From Octopus sinensis (lineage: Eukaryota), in NCBI RefSeq assembly GCF_006345805.1, contig NC_043017.1, positions 6,262,001-6,326,000 of the forward strand: a stretch of 64,000 bases of DNA, in the 5' to 3' direction. Below the pieces are notes generated by a model. It was given only the letters and a program-made list of their open reading frames with translations. It made no database searches and was not told the origin of the DNA. Shown piece by piece: positions 10,577 through 24,219 of the stretch. The translations under genes and the position numbers were made by a program. Each line of letters begins with the position of its first letter. The stretch's first letter is position 1.

Positions 10577-10742
10577 ACTATGTATGTATGTATGTATGAT
10601 ATAGTATGTGTGTGTGTGTATATATATATATATACCACACACACATATATATATATATATATAATATATATATATATATGTATGCATGTATCATATATAT
10701 ATATATATGTATGTATATAATATATATATGTATGTATGTATG

Positions 10743-10773
<31 letters not shown>

Positions 10774-10822
10774 CATGTATATATATATATATATGTATGT
10801 ATGCATGTATATATATATATTG

Positions 10823-10862
<40 letters not shown>

Positions 10863-10974
10863 GTGTGTATGTTTTGGCTTGGAACATTTTATAACAAAGA
10901 GAAAACAAAGGAAAAAATGATTTTAATGTCTTCCTTGAAACCAATGATAAAAGATTGATTTTTTTAAAAATAAT

Positions 10975-11006
<32 letters not shown>

Positions 11007-12339
11007 CACTCGAACACATATAAATATATATATATGCTTATATGCATATATATATATAAATACATGTGAATATTTCTTTATTTACATATAACATAAATTT
11101 TGTATTTATAAAATGTATTTTATATAAATATATATACATGTAATTTGATATTAAAATCATGCTTATGAATGTAGGCAGAGAGACAGACAGACAGACAAAT
11201 GGATAGATAGATTGATGGATTTATGTGTTTGTGTGAAGGCACATGGCTCAGTGGTTAGGGTGTCGAGCATATAATCATGAGGTTGTGAGTTTGAATCCTG
11301 GTCCCTATCTGAAAGTTTGGGTTTTCTTCCGGAGTTTTGTTTCGACACGTAGGTTTTTTTCCACTTTCTGAAAGGCTGTCATTACTTTCAAGACAGTACT
11401 TCTTGATACACCAAACATTTCGGCTGTTTTGTCACTCTAGCACCTGCCATATGAGCACTAACAATTTGACCTCTTTGAAAGTCTGATAGACCTGTGATTT
11501 TAATCAATTTTAATTACCTTTTTCTGATGATATCTAAAAAGAAACAACAATTTTAGCAAAACATATTAAACAACACTAATAATAAATCAAAAAACATAAA
11601 AATAAGTCTTGGGGGTCGATTTGGTCGACTAAATGCAGTGCTCCAGCATGGCCACAGTCAAATAACTGAAAAAATAAAAAAATACATTTCATATATGAAA
11701 AATGTAGACTGACTATGTAAATATCTGTTGTTTCGTATTAACAATCTAAATTTTAAAAAAAATTTTATATATGATACATTATCAATGTCACTATCATTAT
11801 AAACTTCACTGTTATTATTATTAAAATTATTATTATTATTAGTAGTAGTAGTAGTAGTTTTAGTATAACTATAATCATAATTATTCTTATCATTACTATT
11901 GTTATTAGTATTATTATTATTATTATTGTTGTTGTTTGCTATTTCAATTAATTATCTAATTAATTAATTAATAACATAATTAATTAATGTAATTGTTAAT
12001 GTTTGTATGCACACTTTAGGTGTGAAAATTAGATGCACAAAACTATTGGTTTTTTTTTGTATACCAGGTAATTCAGATTTCCAAAGGTGCTTACTATAGG
12101 ATATTAGCATCTTTTCATCACAATAGGCATTTGTACAGGTGCTATTGTAGTTGTTTAGCCCAAGGTCAGCTCTCATCCAGTAGACCTATGATCAAGTATG
12201 CTCCAATTATCAGCACTATCATATATTTTTTATATATATACAAAGGCGTGGCTGTGTGGTAAGAAGTTTGCTTCCCAAGCACATGGTCCCAGGTTCAGTA
12301 CCACTGCATGATGAAACAAGACCCCTTTCCTCAGTTTTC

Positions 12340-12850
12340 CTGGGTATTTGGTTTTGGTCTTGATCATCATGATCATCCAGTGTTTTAAATCTGGGTTTTG
12401 TCCCCACTAACAAGGGTGACCGGATCTATCTCAATGCATTAGCAACCGCCCTCACACCATTTCACCATCTTGCCCGTTTTTGGGTGTCCTCCCTTCTCAA
12501 GCCAACCCTCCCAATCTCATCTTCCACCTGTCCCCTCAATGTTTTCCTTGGTCTACCTTGCTTTCGTGGTCCGTTTATCTCAAACTCAAGCACCCTCCTC
12601 AGAACATGCTTTTCATCTCTCCTCAACACATACCCATACCACTGCACTCCATTTGCCAGTTGTTCCATCAATTCCTCAAACCCCAACATCCCCATCGATT
12701 CCTCAGTCCTCCTCTTATCAAACAGCTTCACTCCACACATTTCTCTCACCATTACTCTCTCAGTCCTTCTCAAAAGTACCATCTCTCTCTCTCCCTCAGA
12801 CACCATGTCTCACTCCCATACTGCATGGCATCTCTCATGCCACCTTATCT
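12340..12850 (-). pseudogene. RTE-type LINE 3' end (RT C-terminal region)
   Basis: YGSETWCLREREMVLLRRTERVMVREMCGVKL...WYGYVLRRDEKHVLRRVLEFEINGPRKQGRPRKT...RARW. Confidence 0.9.
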
Positions 12851-13600
12851 TTTGTAACTACCTCAGCAAACTGATATAGTACCCTCAATTGATGGTGTGG
12901 CCCTTTTGAACATAGTCAATAAACAAAATGCTTTTTGCATCCCAAAAAACTTAAGCTGTCACCCTTCCTGTAGATGAAACGACCATAACCCTCTTTGGAG
13001 AAGGTGAGGAGGGGTATTTCTATTGCATGGATTGTCTTTGTCTCTGGCTCAAAGTGATGAACCCAACACTCATCCTGGGTTAGGAAATGTTAAAGGAAAC
13101 TATATGGATCTGCCTTAAACAATGTCAGTTTTACCCGTGCTGTGATCAGCCTGATGTTCTTTTGATGAGGTGTCAGAGGACATGGGACCCACCAAGCAGA
13201 AACCTTAATCATGCCAAGTTCATTGTGCAGAATAAATTGAGTCTCTCGTGGGATATTCTAATTGCATTGGCTATTTGATTTATCATCTATCATTTGGCTA
13301 TTTGATCTATCATCTATCATCTGGCTATTTGATTTATCATCTATCATCTGTGATCCATCAAGATGTGGTGAACATAATCAATGTTTTCCTTGGTGGTGAC
13401 AGTTGAAGGACATTCAGACTTTGGGTCATCTTCAAGACTCTCCCTTCCTCTCCTAAATTCGGCCACCCATGAGCATCATCCCCTAATGTAGCAACTATGT
13501 TAGCATGAACGTCCTTGGGGTCTAAATCCCTTTTTCTGTGGGTAATTAGTAAGACTGCAATGTAAAATTTTGTCCATTTTCAAGAGAAATCACTACTAGT
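12851..13600 (-). pseudogene. Mariner (DD34D-type) transposase remnant, N-terminal two-thirds
   Basis: Minus strand gives WVAEFRRGRESLEDDP (HTH), WVPCPLTPHQK (WVPxxL), TQDECWVHHFEPET (first catalytic D) and VFWDAKSILFIDY, with stops and frameshifts; 3' end lost at the RTE junction. Confidence 0.88.
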
Positions 13601-13934
13601 TACATTAGAAGTCTTTTTTGAAGAGTTAAATGTTTGTTCATCTGGACGAAAACAAGGCAATCATTAATAAGAGATTAATCGTGCAGGATTTCAGTTTGGT
13701 CACAACATCAATCATTCACAAACAGTCTATGAACTTTTCAGCCCACCTTGTTTATGTGCAATATGTACGTATGTATGTAGTGTATGTATGGTATGTATGT
13801 ATGTATGTACGAACGTATGTATGTATGTATGTATGTATGTATGTATGTATGTATGTATGTATGTATGTATGTTTTGCTTTATGTATGTCTCATGTATACA
13901 GTTGCATATCTAGACATGCTCATATATATTTAAT

Positions 13935-14565
13935 TGACAAACTTCTAGAAAGTTTTATAGACTTTTACAGTTCCAGTGATGGATTGGATCTGTAGTCTTC
14001 GAATTAGCCTTCTCCTTTCTGGATTTGAGAAGCCTAATTTCTCAAGATTGGTATTTAGGCAATGTATTACATATATTAGTGCCCCAATAATTACAGGTAT
14101 AAATGTGAACTTCTAATCAGGATAGAGTAACTGCAGATTTCTCAATAGTTCAGTGAAGATCTTTTTCATGGATCTTCAGTTTTATGTTAACATCTGCTGG
14201 GCAGCTAATTTCTACAACTGTACACAGTTTCTCTTCTCTATCCCAAATCATTATACCAGGTCTGTTGTGCTTACATTTTATTGAGGTCTTCATCAGGACA
14301 TTCCACCAGTATTCCTTTTCATTATGCATTGCTATAGCTTCAACCATACTGTGGGTTCTTATTTCTTTGTTCTTGAGGTTATTCTTCAGATGGATTTCAT
14401 TATACAGTGCCCTAGCTATAGCATCCTGTTTCATCAGTAGATAAGACAGTGATGACATTTTCGGACAACTGTTTATGATGTGGGTGGTATCTTTGGTGTT
14501 AATTCCACAAAGTCTGCATTGGTTGTCACATTTTACGGCTTTTCTGTATCTCTATCCCTTTTGTG
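13935..14565 (-). pseudogene. R4/Dong/NeSL-type site-specific non-LTR retrotransposon 3' fragment: CCHC knuckle + restriction-like endonuclease
   Basis: CRLCGINTKDTTHIINSC (C-x2-C-x8-H-x4-C), then HNRPGIMIWDREEKLCTVVEISCPADVNIKLKIHEK (PD-(D/E)xK-like, PD changed to PG), then FIPVIIGAL. Confidence 0.88.
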
Positions 14566-15374
14566 AATCAGGTATGTGTGTGTGTGTAATTATTTATTTA
14601 TTTGTTGGAAGATAGATATATACATAAACACACAGACAGACTGCTGATAGATTAATAAAGTTCTTGTTTGGATTAAATTCTGTAGCATCTGCCACACTGA
14701 TTGCTGTTCACTGTTTCCTCCCAAATAAGATGGCTTTCATTGATCACAAGTTGGCCACACTCATCACAAACATTTGCCTGACTTCGTTTGCCAGATATCC
14801 GCTAAAAAAAACACTTTCCCTGTATGCACAGGAGTGTGTCCTTGTGTGTGTGTGTGTGTGTGCATTTGTGCGTGCACAAGTAAGTATGTGTTCTGCGTGC
14901 ATGTGTGCATACATGTGTGTTTGCTTCTGCACTGGTATGTGTGCTGTGTGTAAGTGTGCATACATGTGTGTTTGTGTGTGCTTGTGTGTGCATACATGTC
15001 TGTATATATGTGTGTGTGTTGTGTGTGCATATGAGCATATGTCTGTATATATGTGTGTGCATATGTGTGAATGTATGCATATATGTGCATATATGTATGC
15101 ATGTGTGCATAATATATATGCATGTGTGCATATATGTGTAAGTGTTGTGCATCTTTGCATGTGTACATACATGCATTTGTGCATGTTTGTGATTGTACTC
15201 ATGCATACGTATGTCCATATATCTATACACTTGTGTGTGCATATGAATGCATATACTATGCATGCACACATCAATGTATTTATATGTGTGCATGCATGTG
15301 CATATATACTGACGTGCATTCATGTGTATGCATCTGTTAGTGCATACATACGTCCATGTATTTGCATTTGTATA

Positions 15375-15800
15375 TGCATATATGCACATGGATATGTGTA
15401 TATATTTGTATGTGTATATATTTGTTTATGCATATATGCACATAGATATGTGTATATATTTGTATGTGTATATATTTGTTTATGCATATATGCACATAGA
15501 TATGTGTATATATTTGAATATATGTATATATTTGTAAGTGCATATATGCACATAGATATGTATATATTTGTATGTGTATATATTTGTATATGCATATATG
15601 CACATAGATATGTGTATATATTTGAATATGTGTATATATTTGTAAGTGCATATATGCACATAGATATGTGTATATATTTGTATGTGTATATATTTGTATA
15701 TGCATATATGCACATAGATATGTGTATATATTTGTATATGCATATATGCACATAGATATGTATATATATTTGTATATGCATATATGCACATAGATATGTG
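15375..15800. repeat. ~50-55-bp TA-rich minisatellite
   Basis: GCATATATGCACATAGATATGTGTATATATTTG unit repeated about 8 times. Confidence 0.8.
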
Positions 15801-15828
15801 TGTACATATGCATATACGCATATATGCA

Positions 15829-15866
<38 letters not shown>

Positions 15867-16571
15867 TCTATCCCTAACCACCAGGTATATAATCTATCAT
15901 TTCTCCGTCTCTTACGGTGATCTACATTCTCTGTGCTGTTTAAAACATTTATTAATATTAACCAGCAACGTTGCCAGTAGAGGCTATCTGCTGTAGCAAA
16001 AACAATTCTCTGTCTCTCTCCAAGTTGTATGTCTTCGATGTATTTGTTATTCAATACACTTGCTGTACAACATTTATTAAACACCTAACTATATAGATTC
16101 TGGACTGCTTTTATTGCTGGTTGTTGGTGCTAAGTAGCTGGAAGAACTGGTAAATAGTATCACCAACATCATCATCATCATCATTATCTTCATCACACAG
16201 GTTTGCATATACCTACCTACCTACCTACCTACCTACCTAATGGTCTACCTACCTATCTACCTACCTGTTTTTACCTATCTGTTTTTACCTACCTGTTTTT
16301 ACCTACCTATCTTCCTGCCCATCTCTTTGTCTACTTACCTACCTACCTACCTATCTACCTACATACCTACCTACCTACCTGCCTACAGACTACCCTACCT
16401 ACCTACCAACATGCATGCATACTAACACGCATGTATACACATACATATATACATACATAAATATATATACACACATACATACCAGTTAATTTACCAACCC
16501 ACTTATCTACCTGACAATCCATATGTCTATCTACCTACATACCAATATTTCCTACTCTCTCTTAGTTTCTT

Positions 16572-16611
<40 letters not shown>

Positions 16612-16712
16612 CATGTACATGTGTGTGTATATACATATATACTTATATATATATATACATACATATATTACATATATATAAATATATATATAAACACATA
16701 TATATATATATG

Positions 16713-16754
<42 letters not shown>

Positions 16755-16941
16755 CATATACATGTATTTATATATGTGAGTATATATGTATATGTGCATG
16801 TGTTTGTATGTGTAAGTATATATATCTATATATAAGTGTATGAAGTCACACAAACACCCGCCCACACACACACATACATACACACACACGTATATATATA
16901 TAGAGAGAGAGAAAGAGGGGGAATTTGTTTATACATATTCA

Positions 16942-16984
<43 letters not shown>

Positions 16985-17384
16985 GTGTTCGTATAAAACA
17001 AAGATAACAACTCTGACGATGCGACACAACAATTTTAACGATGACGATGATGATGATGATGATGTAAGAAAAAAAAAAAAGAAAACGAGATCAATGTGTT
17101 CGACAATGTCACAGATGAGTGTGACGCCGGCGCTGTAAGAATGACTAATTAGTAGTTCCAACATTCCAAAGACTGGCAGAGTTAGAAGACAAAGCTGTTA
17201 GTTTAAACAGGTTGCTAAATGAACACAAACAACTCAACAACCAAAATAAACCAATAAAAAAACAAGTTAGATAAACAAACAAATAAATAATTGATTAAAA
17301 AATGTTTTTTTTTTTAATTACAAGAGCTGACAAATCTCAAGTAAATTAACTTGAAATTACAAACGAGGATGCTAATGAAGATGA

Positions 17385-18130
17385 GAATAATTCAAAGTAA
17401 TGGTGAACACGGTGTTGAAAGAGATGTTGAGTAAAGTGTCAAAGGTAATGTTGAGTGAAGTGTTGAGTAAAGTACCAGTGGTAATGTTGAGTGAATTGTT
17501 GACAGAATTATTGAATGAAGTGGTTACAGAAATGTTGAGTGGAATCTTGAGAGAATTGTTGAGTGGAGTATTGTCAGAATTATTGAGTGAAGTAGTTACA
17601 AAAATGTTGAGTGGAATCTTGAGAGAATTGTTGAGTGAAGTGTTGTCAAAATTATTGAGTGAAGTAGTTACAAAAATGTTGAGTGGAATCTTGAGAGAAT
17701 TGTTGAGTAAAGTGTTGTCAAAATTATTGAGTGAAGTAGTTACAAAAATGTTGAGTGGAATCTTGAGAGAATTGTTGAGTGAAATGTTGTCAAAATTATT
17801 GAGTGAAGTAGTTACAAAAATGTTGAGTGGAATCTTGAGAGAATTGTTGAGTGAAGTGTTGTCAAAATTATTGAGTGAAGTAGTTACAAAAATGCTGAGT
17901 GGAATCTTGAGAGAATTGTTGAGTGAAGTGTTGTCAAAATTATTGAGTGAAGTAGTTACAAAAATGTTGAGTGGAATCTTGAGAGAATTGTTGAGTGAAA
18001 TGTTGACTGAAGCTGAGTGAAGTGTTAATATATGTTGAGTGAAGGGCTGGGCGAGGTGTTGATAAGATTGGTGAATGGAAGTGTTAACAGAAATGTTGAG
18101 TGAAGTGTTGACAGAATTGTTGAGTAAAGT
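17385..18130. repeat. 72-bp higher-order minisatellite built from 12-bp subunits; resumes degenerately at 18475-18750
   Basis: Unit AAAATGTTGAGTGGAATCTTGAGAGAATTGTTGAGTGAAGTGTTGTCAAAATTATTGAGTGAAGTAGTTACA repeated about 6-7 times. Confidence 0.9.
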
Positions 18131-18470
18131 GCTGGATGCCCTTCCTAATACCAACCACTCCACAGAGTGGATTCAGTGCTTTTTACGTGGCACTAGCACA
18201 GGCGAGGTTAATTTTGACATGATTTTTACAACTGGGTGCCCTTCCAGACACCAACCATGTTACAGTGTGGATTGGTTGCTTTTAATGTGCCACCAGTACT
18301 GGCAGAGGAACCAAGAAACTCACAAGACAAGGAATTATGAGAAGGGCAGGGCATTTGAAGAGAGGAACTTATGTCTCTGTGAATGACATCTGCTCATATT
18401 TTTTTCTTGGGCTTCTTCATCCATACTTTTCTTCCACTCGACTCACTGAACACGTCTTCACTCAACTGTC
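18130..18470 (-). mobile_element. Degenerate RTE LINE 3' remnant inserted in the minisatellite
   Basis: Closely similar to 21690-21990; carries the GGAAGGGCATCCAGC tail motif. Confidence 0.65.
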
Positions 18471-18837
18471 ATCAGTGAAATGTTAATAGAGTTGTTGAAT
18501 TATATATTGAGTGAAATGTTGAGGGAAGTGTTGACATAAAGTTTGAGATAAGTCTTGAAAGAAGTATCAACAGAATTGTCGAGTGGAATGTTCACAAAAA
18601 TGCTGAGTGAAGAGTCGTAAGAAATGTCGGGCTTTGACAATAATAGTGTGTGAAGTGTTGAGAGACATTTTAAATGGAGTGTTAAGTGAAGTGTTGACAG
18701 AACTGTCGAGTGAAATGTCGACAGAATCTTGAGTGAAGTGTCGACTATCAATTTATAGAAAAGACATGATTTCAATAGAAAATTAATTCTTCACAACAGT
18801 AAAAGAAAAACAAAACAAAAAATACCTCTTCAGAAAA

Positions 18838-18888
18838 ATATATATATATATCACTGTGTGTATGTGTGTGCATATATATATGTATATA

Positions 18889-18937
<49 letters not shown>

Positions 18938-19158
18938 GTGTGTGTATATATGTATATATATGTGTGTGTATATATGTATATATATGTGTGTGTATATATA
19001 TATGTGTGTGTGTGTATATATATATATGTATATATATGTGTGTATGTATATATATATGTGTGTATGTATATATATGTGTGTATATGTATATATGTATATA
19101 TATGTGTGTATATGTATATATATGTATATATGTATATATATGTATATATGTATATATA

Positions 19159-19190
<32 letters not shown>

Positions 19191-19461
19191 AATATATATA
19201 TATATATATTATATATATATATGTATATATATGTGTGTGTATATATGTATATATATGTGTGTGTATATATATATGTGTGTGTGTATATATATATATATTA
19301 TATGTATATATATGTGTGTATGTATATATATATGTGTGTATGTATATATATGTGTGTATATGTATATATGTGTATATATATATATATATGTATATATGTA
19401 TATATATGTATATATGTATATATATGTATATATACATATATATATATATGTATATATGTAA

Positions 19462-19492
<31 letters not shown>

Positions 19493-19510
19493 AGTGTGTG
19501 TATGTGTGAG
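18838..19510. repeat. Long compound (TA)/(TG)/(TATATG) microsatellite
   Basis: Direct inspection. Confidence 0.95.
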
Positions 19511-19627
19511 TAGACACAAATGATGGTGCAGGTGATGATGATACATAAATACATGAAAAATGGAAAAATGAAACTTTTAGGAGGAGATACAGTAGCGAAT
19601 GATAATAATAATAACAATGATAACAAC

Positions 19628-19658
<31 letters not shown>

Positions 19659-20057
19659 ATGATAGTAGTAGTAATAAAAATAATATACCAAATATGAAAA
19701 AAAAATTTTAAAAAGAAGCAAGAAAAATGAATATAAACTTTAGTTCTGAGTGTTTGTATGAACTAATGAAAAAATTGGTGACATACAGGCACATAGGCGC
19801 ATATACACACAGATATACACAGACATATACATGCAGCTATACACACATATATACACACGTACTTGCACATAAATACATCATGAGGCGTAGAATAAAAAGC
19901 AAAATAAATCAAAAACTGGAATTTTAATTTTGTATGATTCTTCTCTATAAAACTTCGTGTGTATATATATATATATGTATGGTCATATATATATCTGTGT
20001 GTTTGTGTGATTATATGTATGAATATACATATGTAAATATATATATATATATCTATC

Positions 20058-20089
<32 letters not shown>

Positions 20090-20855
20090 TATATATCTGA
20101 TCATGTGTATGTATATATATATATCGGTGCCTTGTTGTACCATTTATTTAGTTTTATATATATATATATGTATGTACGTAAATTCATATATATAAATGTG
20201 TACATATATTTTATATATATGTATATATGCATTTATATATATATGTGTGAATCTATATTTATATATATATTTATGTATATATGCCTTTATATATATATAT
20301 ATCCACATATATATAGTTATGAGAATGTGAGCTGCATGTGTTTATGTGAATATGTATATATGTGTTTATGTATGTGTATGGTGACTAATTTGCGGGAATT
20401 GGAATAAATACATACATATACACTTAAAGTAAAACACACACATGCACGCACACACGCGATGCCAAGAAGTTTTTGTGAAAAAACAGAACAAACTCTGTAT
20501 ATGTGCATTTCTACATATGCATTTGTATGTACATTTGTGTATGTAAACTACTTGAAATCCTGCACATAAGCACATACACACATGCACTCACACACACACA
20601 CATATACACACACGCATGTGTACACACACACACACACACACACATATATATGTAATAGATAGATAGAACAATAACTCATATAAAAACACCAAATGTATAA
20701 TGTTGTATCTATGCTTGTGTATTTGTGTATGTGTATATCTGTCTGGCGTATATTATTATTATCATCATCATCATAACCATCATCTGCATCCTCATCACTC
20801 TAATAATAATAATAATAATAATAATAGTAATAGTAAAAATGATAATAATAATAAA

Positions 20856-21393
20856 TGCCCTGATGCAATACCAGGCAGTGGTTCTCATGGCTTCTGATTT
20901 TAACTAATTGGAAGTGTTATCATGTACATTGTTTTGTCTTGGTATAAAAGATGGGCTACAGCAAATATTCTGCTCAATACTACAGATTTGCTTGTCAGTT
21001 GTTTGACCTTAACCAGCTGAGCATGACCCTTGGTGGTTGACGAGATGTGCATCTCTGATCAAGAGCAAGAAGCAGTGGGGGAGCATCATAGCCATGTGCT
21101 GAGAGGAATTCTTTGAGGTTTGCATAGTTCACCTTTGGAACATCCTTAAACAACCCTTACTCAGGGACCTTTTGGGCAGAATGGGCTACTTGACCTGAAG
21201 AAAGAAAAAAACTGGGCCCCACCTGCAAGGTGATGCACTGTTTATCTCGATATGAGATAACCATGTTGTGCACATATGGTTGTGATGCATGTGCGTGGTG
21301 TACCCTTATCAGATGGATAGTCATGATGGGTATACTGGGCTTCGTATATTTTACCCCAGTGTCACTTTGATGGCATGCACTGCTCTCTCACTC
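20856..21393 (+). mobile_element. ~540-bp non-coding interspersed element (family D) inside an (AAT)n tract
   Basis: Second copy in opposite orientation at 48776-49334; both copies are flanked on both sides by AAT/ATT repeats. Confidence 0.75.
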
Positions 21394-21448
21394 AATAGTA
21401 ATAACAATAACAATAATAATAATAATAATAATAATAATAATTTTATTA

Positions 21449-21486
<38 letters not shown>

Positions 21487-21689
21487 GCCAGTGATATTAT
21501 CCAAGGGAAAGGCAAAGGAGTCGATACAGCTTGGCACCAGGGACATTGCAATTCATTTCTACAGATGAGTGAACTGGAGCAACGTGAAAGTCTTGCTCAA
21601 GAACACAACGCACAGCCTGGTCCAGGAACTGAACTCCCTACCTCATGATTCTGGGCTCAATGTGCTAACCACTGAGTCATGCACCTTCC

Positions 21690-22225
21690 CTTTTTACATG
21701 GCACTAGCACAGGCGAGGTTAGTTTTGACATGATTTTTACAGCTGGGTGCCCTTCCAGACACCAACCATGTTACAGTGTGGCTTGGACGCTTTTAACGTG
21801 CCACCAGCACTGGCAGGGGAACCAAGAATCTCACAAGACAAGGAATTATGAGAAGGGCAGGGCATTTGAAGCGGGGAACTTGTGTCTCTGTGAATGACAT
21901 CTGCTCATATTTTTTTCTTGGTCTCCTTCATCCACACTTTCCTTCTACTTAACTCACTGAACAGTTCTTCACCAACTGTCATCGTCTATCCACGTTACAT
22001 GTCCTTACCATCGCAGTCGTTTCTCTTACACTGTATGTCTGATCCAACTTGTACTCTTAACTCATCTAAACCATGTCTCTTGGGCACACTAACTCTACAA
22101 CAACCAATAAAACAGACTGGCTTCATGTCTTCCCACCTTTTGTACATCTACATTCAATGTCCATATCTCCCTGGCATGGAATATTCCACTCTGTACTTAC
22201 ACATCGTACAATCTGGAATGTGATT
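21690..22225 (-). pseudogene. Degenerate RTE-type LINE 3' end
   Basis: Minus strand ...RHEASL...EKRLRW*GHVTWIDDDSW...; homologous to 51600-51960. Confidence 0.7.
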
Positions 22226-22552
22226 CTTAGTTCTCCCTAACACTCACTCTCTCTCTCTCTCTCTCTCTTTTTGTATATATATATATACAAAAGTACCTCA
22301 GTTTATGAATGCCTCTGATCACAAATAAATCATGATTTATATATACATATACCAGCCGTAGAAACATTGCCAGATCAGACTGGGCCTGGTGCAGCCTTCT
22401 GGCTTCCCAGACCCCAGTTGCATTGTCCAACCCATGCCAGCATGGAAAGCGGACGCTAAACGATGATGATGATGATGATATATATATACACACATAAAGC
22501 ATGATTTATTCATAATCAGAGTTGTTCGAAAATCAAGGTACTACTGTATATG

Positions 22553-22608
<56 letters not shown>

Positions 22609-22754
22609 GCATGCTTATGTATTTATACAAGAAGGCATAGGTATACACACATACACACAATATATGCAAACAAACCCAAAGGCTTTGTAAGTTACGGAGA
22701 AAAGGCAACTGTGAAAGTGTTTTATACAATAATAACTATATAACAATATATCAT

Positions 22755-22798
<44 letters not shown>

Positions 22799-23269
22799 AG
22801 GAGCCTTGTAAGCGCTGATTTGTGAGTTCAATTCTGGCCCAGTTTAGCTCATCATTTTCCAGTCAATCGTTTACACAAATGTCATTTTAAATCAGAGTAT
22901 ATATTATTATTATTATTATTATTATTATTATGATTATTATTATTATTATATAGTTATTATTGTATGTGTATATATGTATACACACACAAACATACATTCA
23001 TATATATGTACATTCTCATATATATATATTACGTCAATGTACTTGCATAGCAAGTGACCTGATCTGAGATCATGTTCTGGAACGAAAACAATTGCAGCAT
23101 GGAAGGTGTTTATAAGCCATTGAAGAACCACACAAAAACTGTTAGATTCACTTCAGCATTTAAATGTAATTTGTCAAAAAATATTTTCGTCGCTTTAAGA
23201 CCGTGACCTGTTCACTGACAAGATTCCATATTGCATTTATATATTCATACACACATGCATACAACATAC

Positions 23270-23321
<52 letters not shown>

Positions 23322-23323
<2 letters not shown>

Positions 23324-24182
23324 TGCAGGAGTGACTGTGTGGTAAGTAGCTTGCTTACCAACTGGGTTCAGTCCCACTCCGTATCACCTTGGGCAAATGT
23401 CTTCTACTATAGCCTCAGGCCAACTAAAGCCTTGCGAGTGGATTTCATTGACAGAAAATGAAAGAAGCTTGTCATATATATATATATATATATATGTATA
23501 AGCGTACTATCCGATAGTGGCCGTGGCCAGCGCCGCCTCGACTGGCCCCCGTGCCGGTGGCACGTAAAAAGCACCATCCGATTGTGGCCGTTGCCAGCCT
23601 CGCCTGGCCCCCGTGCCGGTGGCACGTAAAAAGCACCATACGACCGTGTTCGTTGCCAGCACCGCCCCGACTGGCCCCCATGCTGGTGGCACGTAAAAAG
23701 CACCATCCGATTGTGGCCGTTGCCAGCCTTGCCTGGTGGCACGTAAACAGCATAATCCGTCCGTGGCCGTTTGCCAGCCCCGTCTGGCACCTGTGCGGGT
23801 GGCACGTAAAAAGCACCCACTACACTCACGGAATTGTTGGCGTTAGGAAGGGCATCCAGCCGTAGAAACACTGCCAGATCAGACTGGGCCTGGTACAGCC
23901 TTCTGGCTTCCCAGACCCCAGTTGAACCGTCCAACCCATGCTAGCATGGAAAGCAGACGTTAAATGATGATGATATATGTTTGTGTGTCTGTGTTTGACC
24001 CTCCAGCATCACTTGATGACCGATGCTGGTGTGTTTATGTCCCCATAACTTAGCAGTCCAGCAAAACAGACTGATAGAATAAGTACTAGGCTTACAATTA
24101 ATAAGTCCTGATTTGCTCAACTAAAGGTCGTGCTCCAGTATGGCTGCGGTCAGATGACTGAAGCAAGTAAAAGAATAAAAGA

Positions 24183-24185
<3 letters not shown>
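23322..24185 (+). mobile_element. Family A SINE split by a LINE 3'-UTR insertion in its microsatellite
   Basis: Head 23322-23470 and tail 23985-24185. Confidence 0.75.
23502..23975 (+). mobile_element. 5'-truncated RTE LINE 3' UTR with about five ~60-bp tandem units
   Basis: GTGGCACGTAAAAAGCACCATCCGATTGTGGCCGTTGCCAGCC units, then the tail to GACGTTAAATGATGATG; same UTR as 52540-52845. Confidence 0.85.

Positions 24186-24219
<34 letters not shown>

Noticed and set aside
14664-16084. Long ORFs (363, 254 and 195 aa)
   Set aside because: Translations of TG/TA microsatellite and minisatellite (C/V/Y/I/H/T runs); the same applies to most of the ORF track
23502-23830. Regularly spaced GTGGCACGTAAAAAGCAC repeats resembling a CRISPR array
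   Set aside because: The spacers are themselves homologous, the DNA is eukaryotic, there are no cas genes, and the array is part of a LINE 3' UTR
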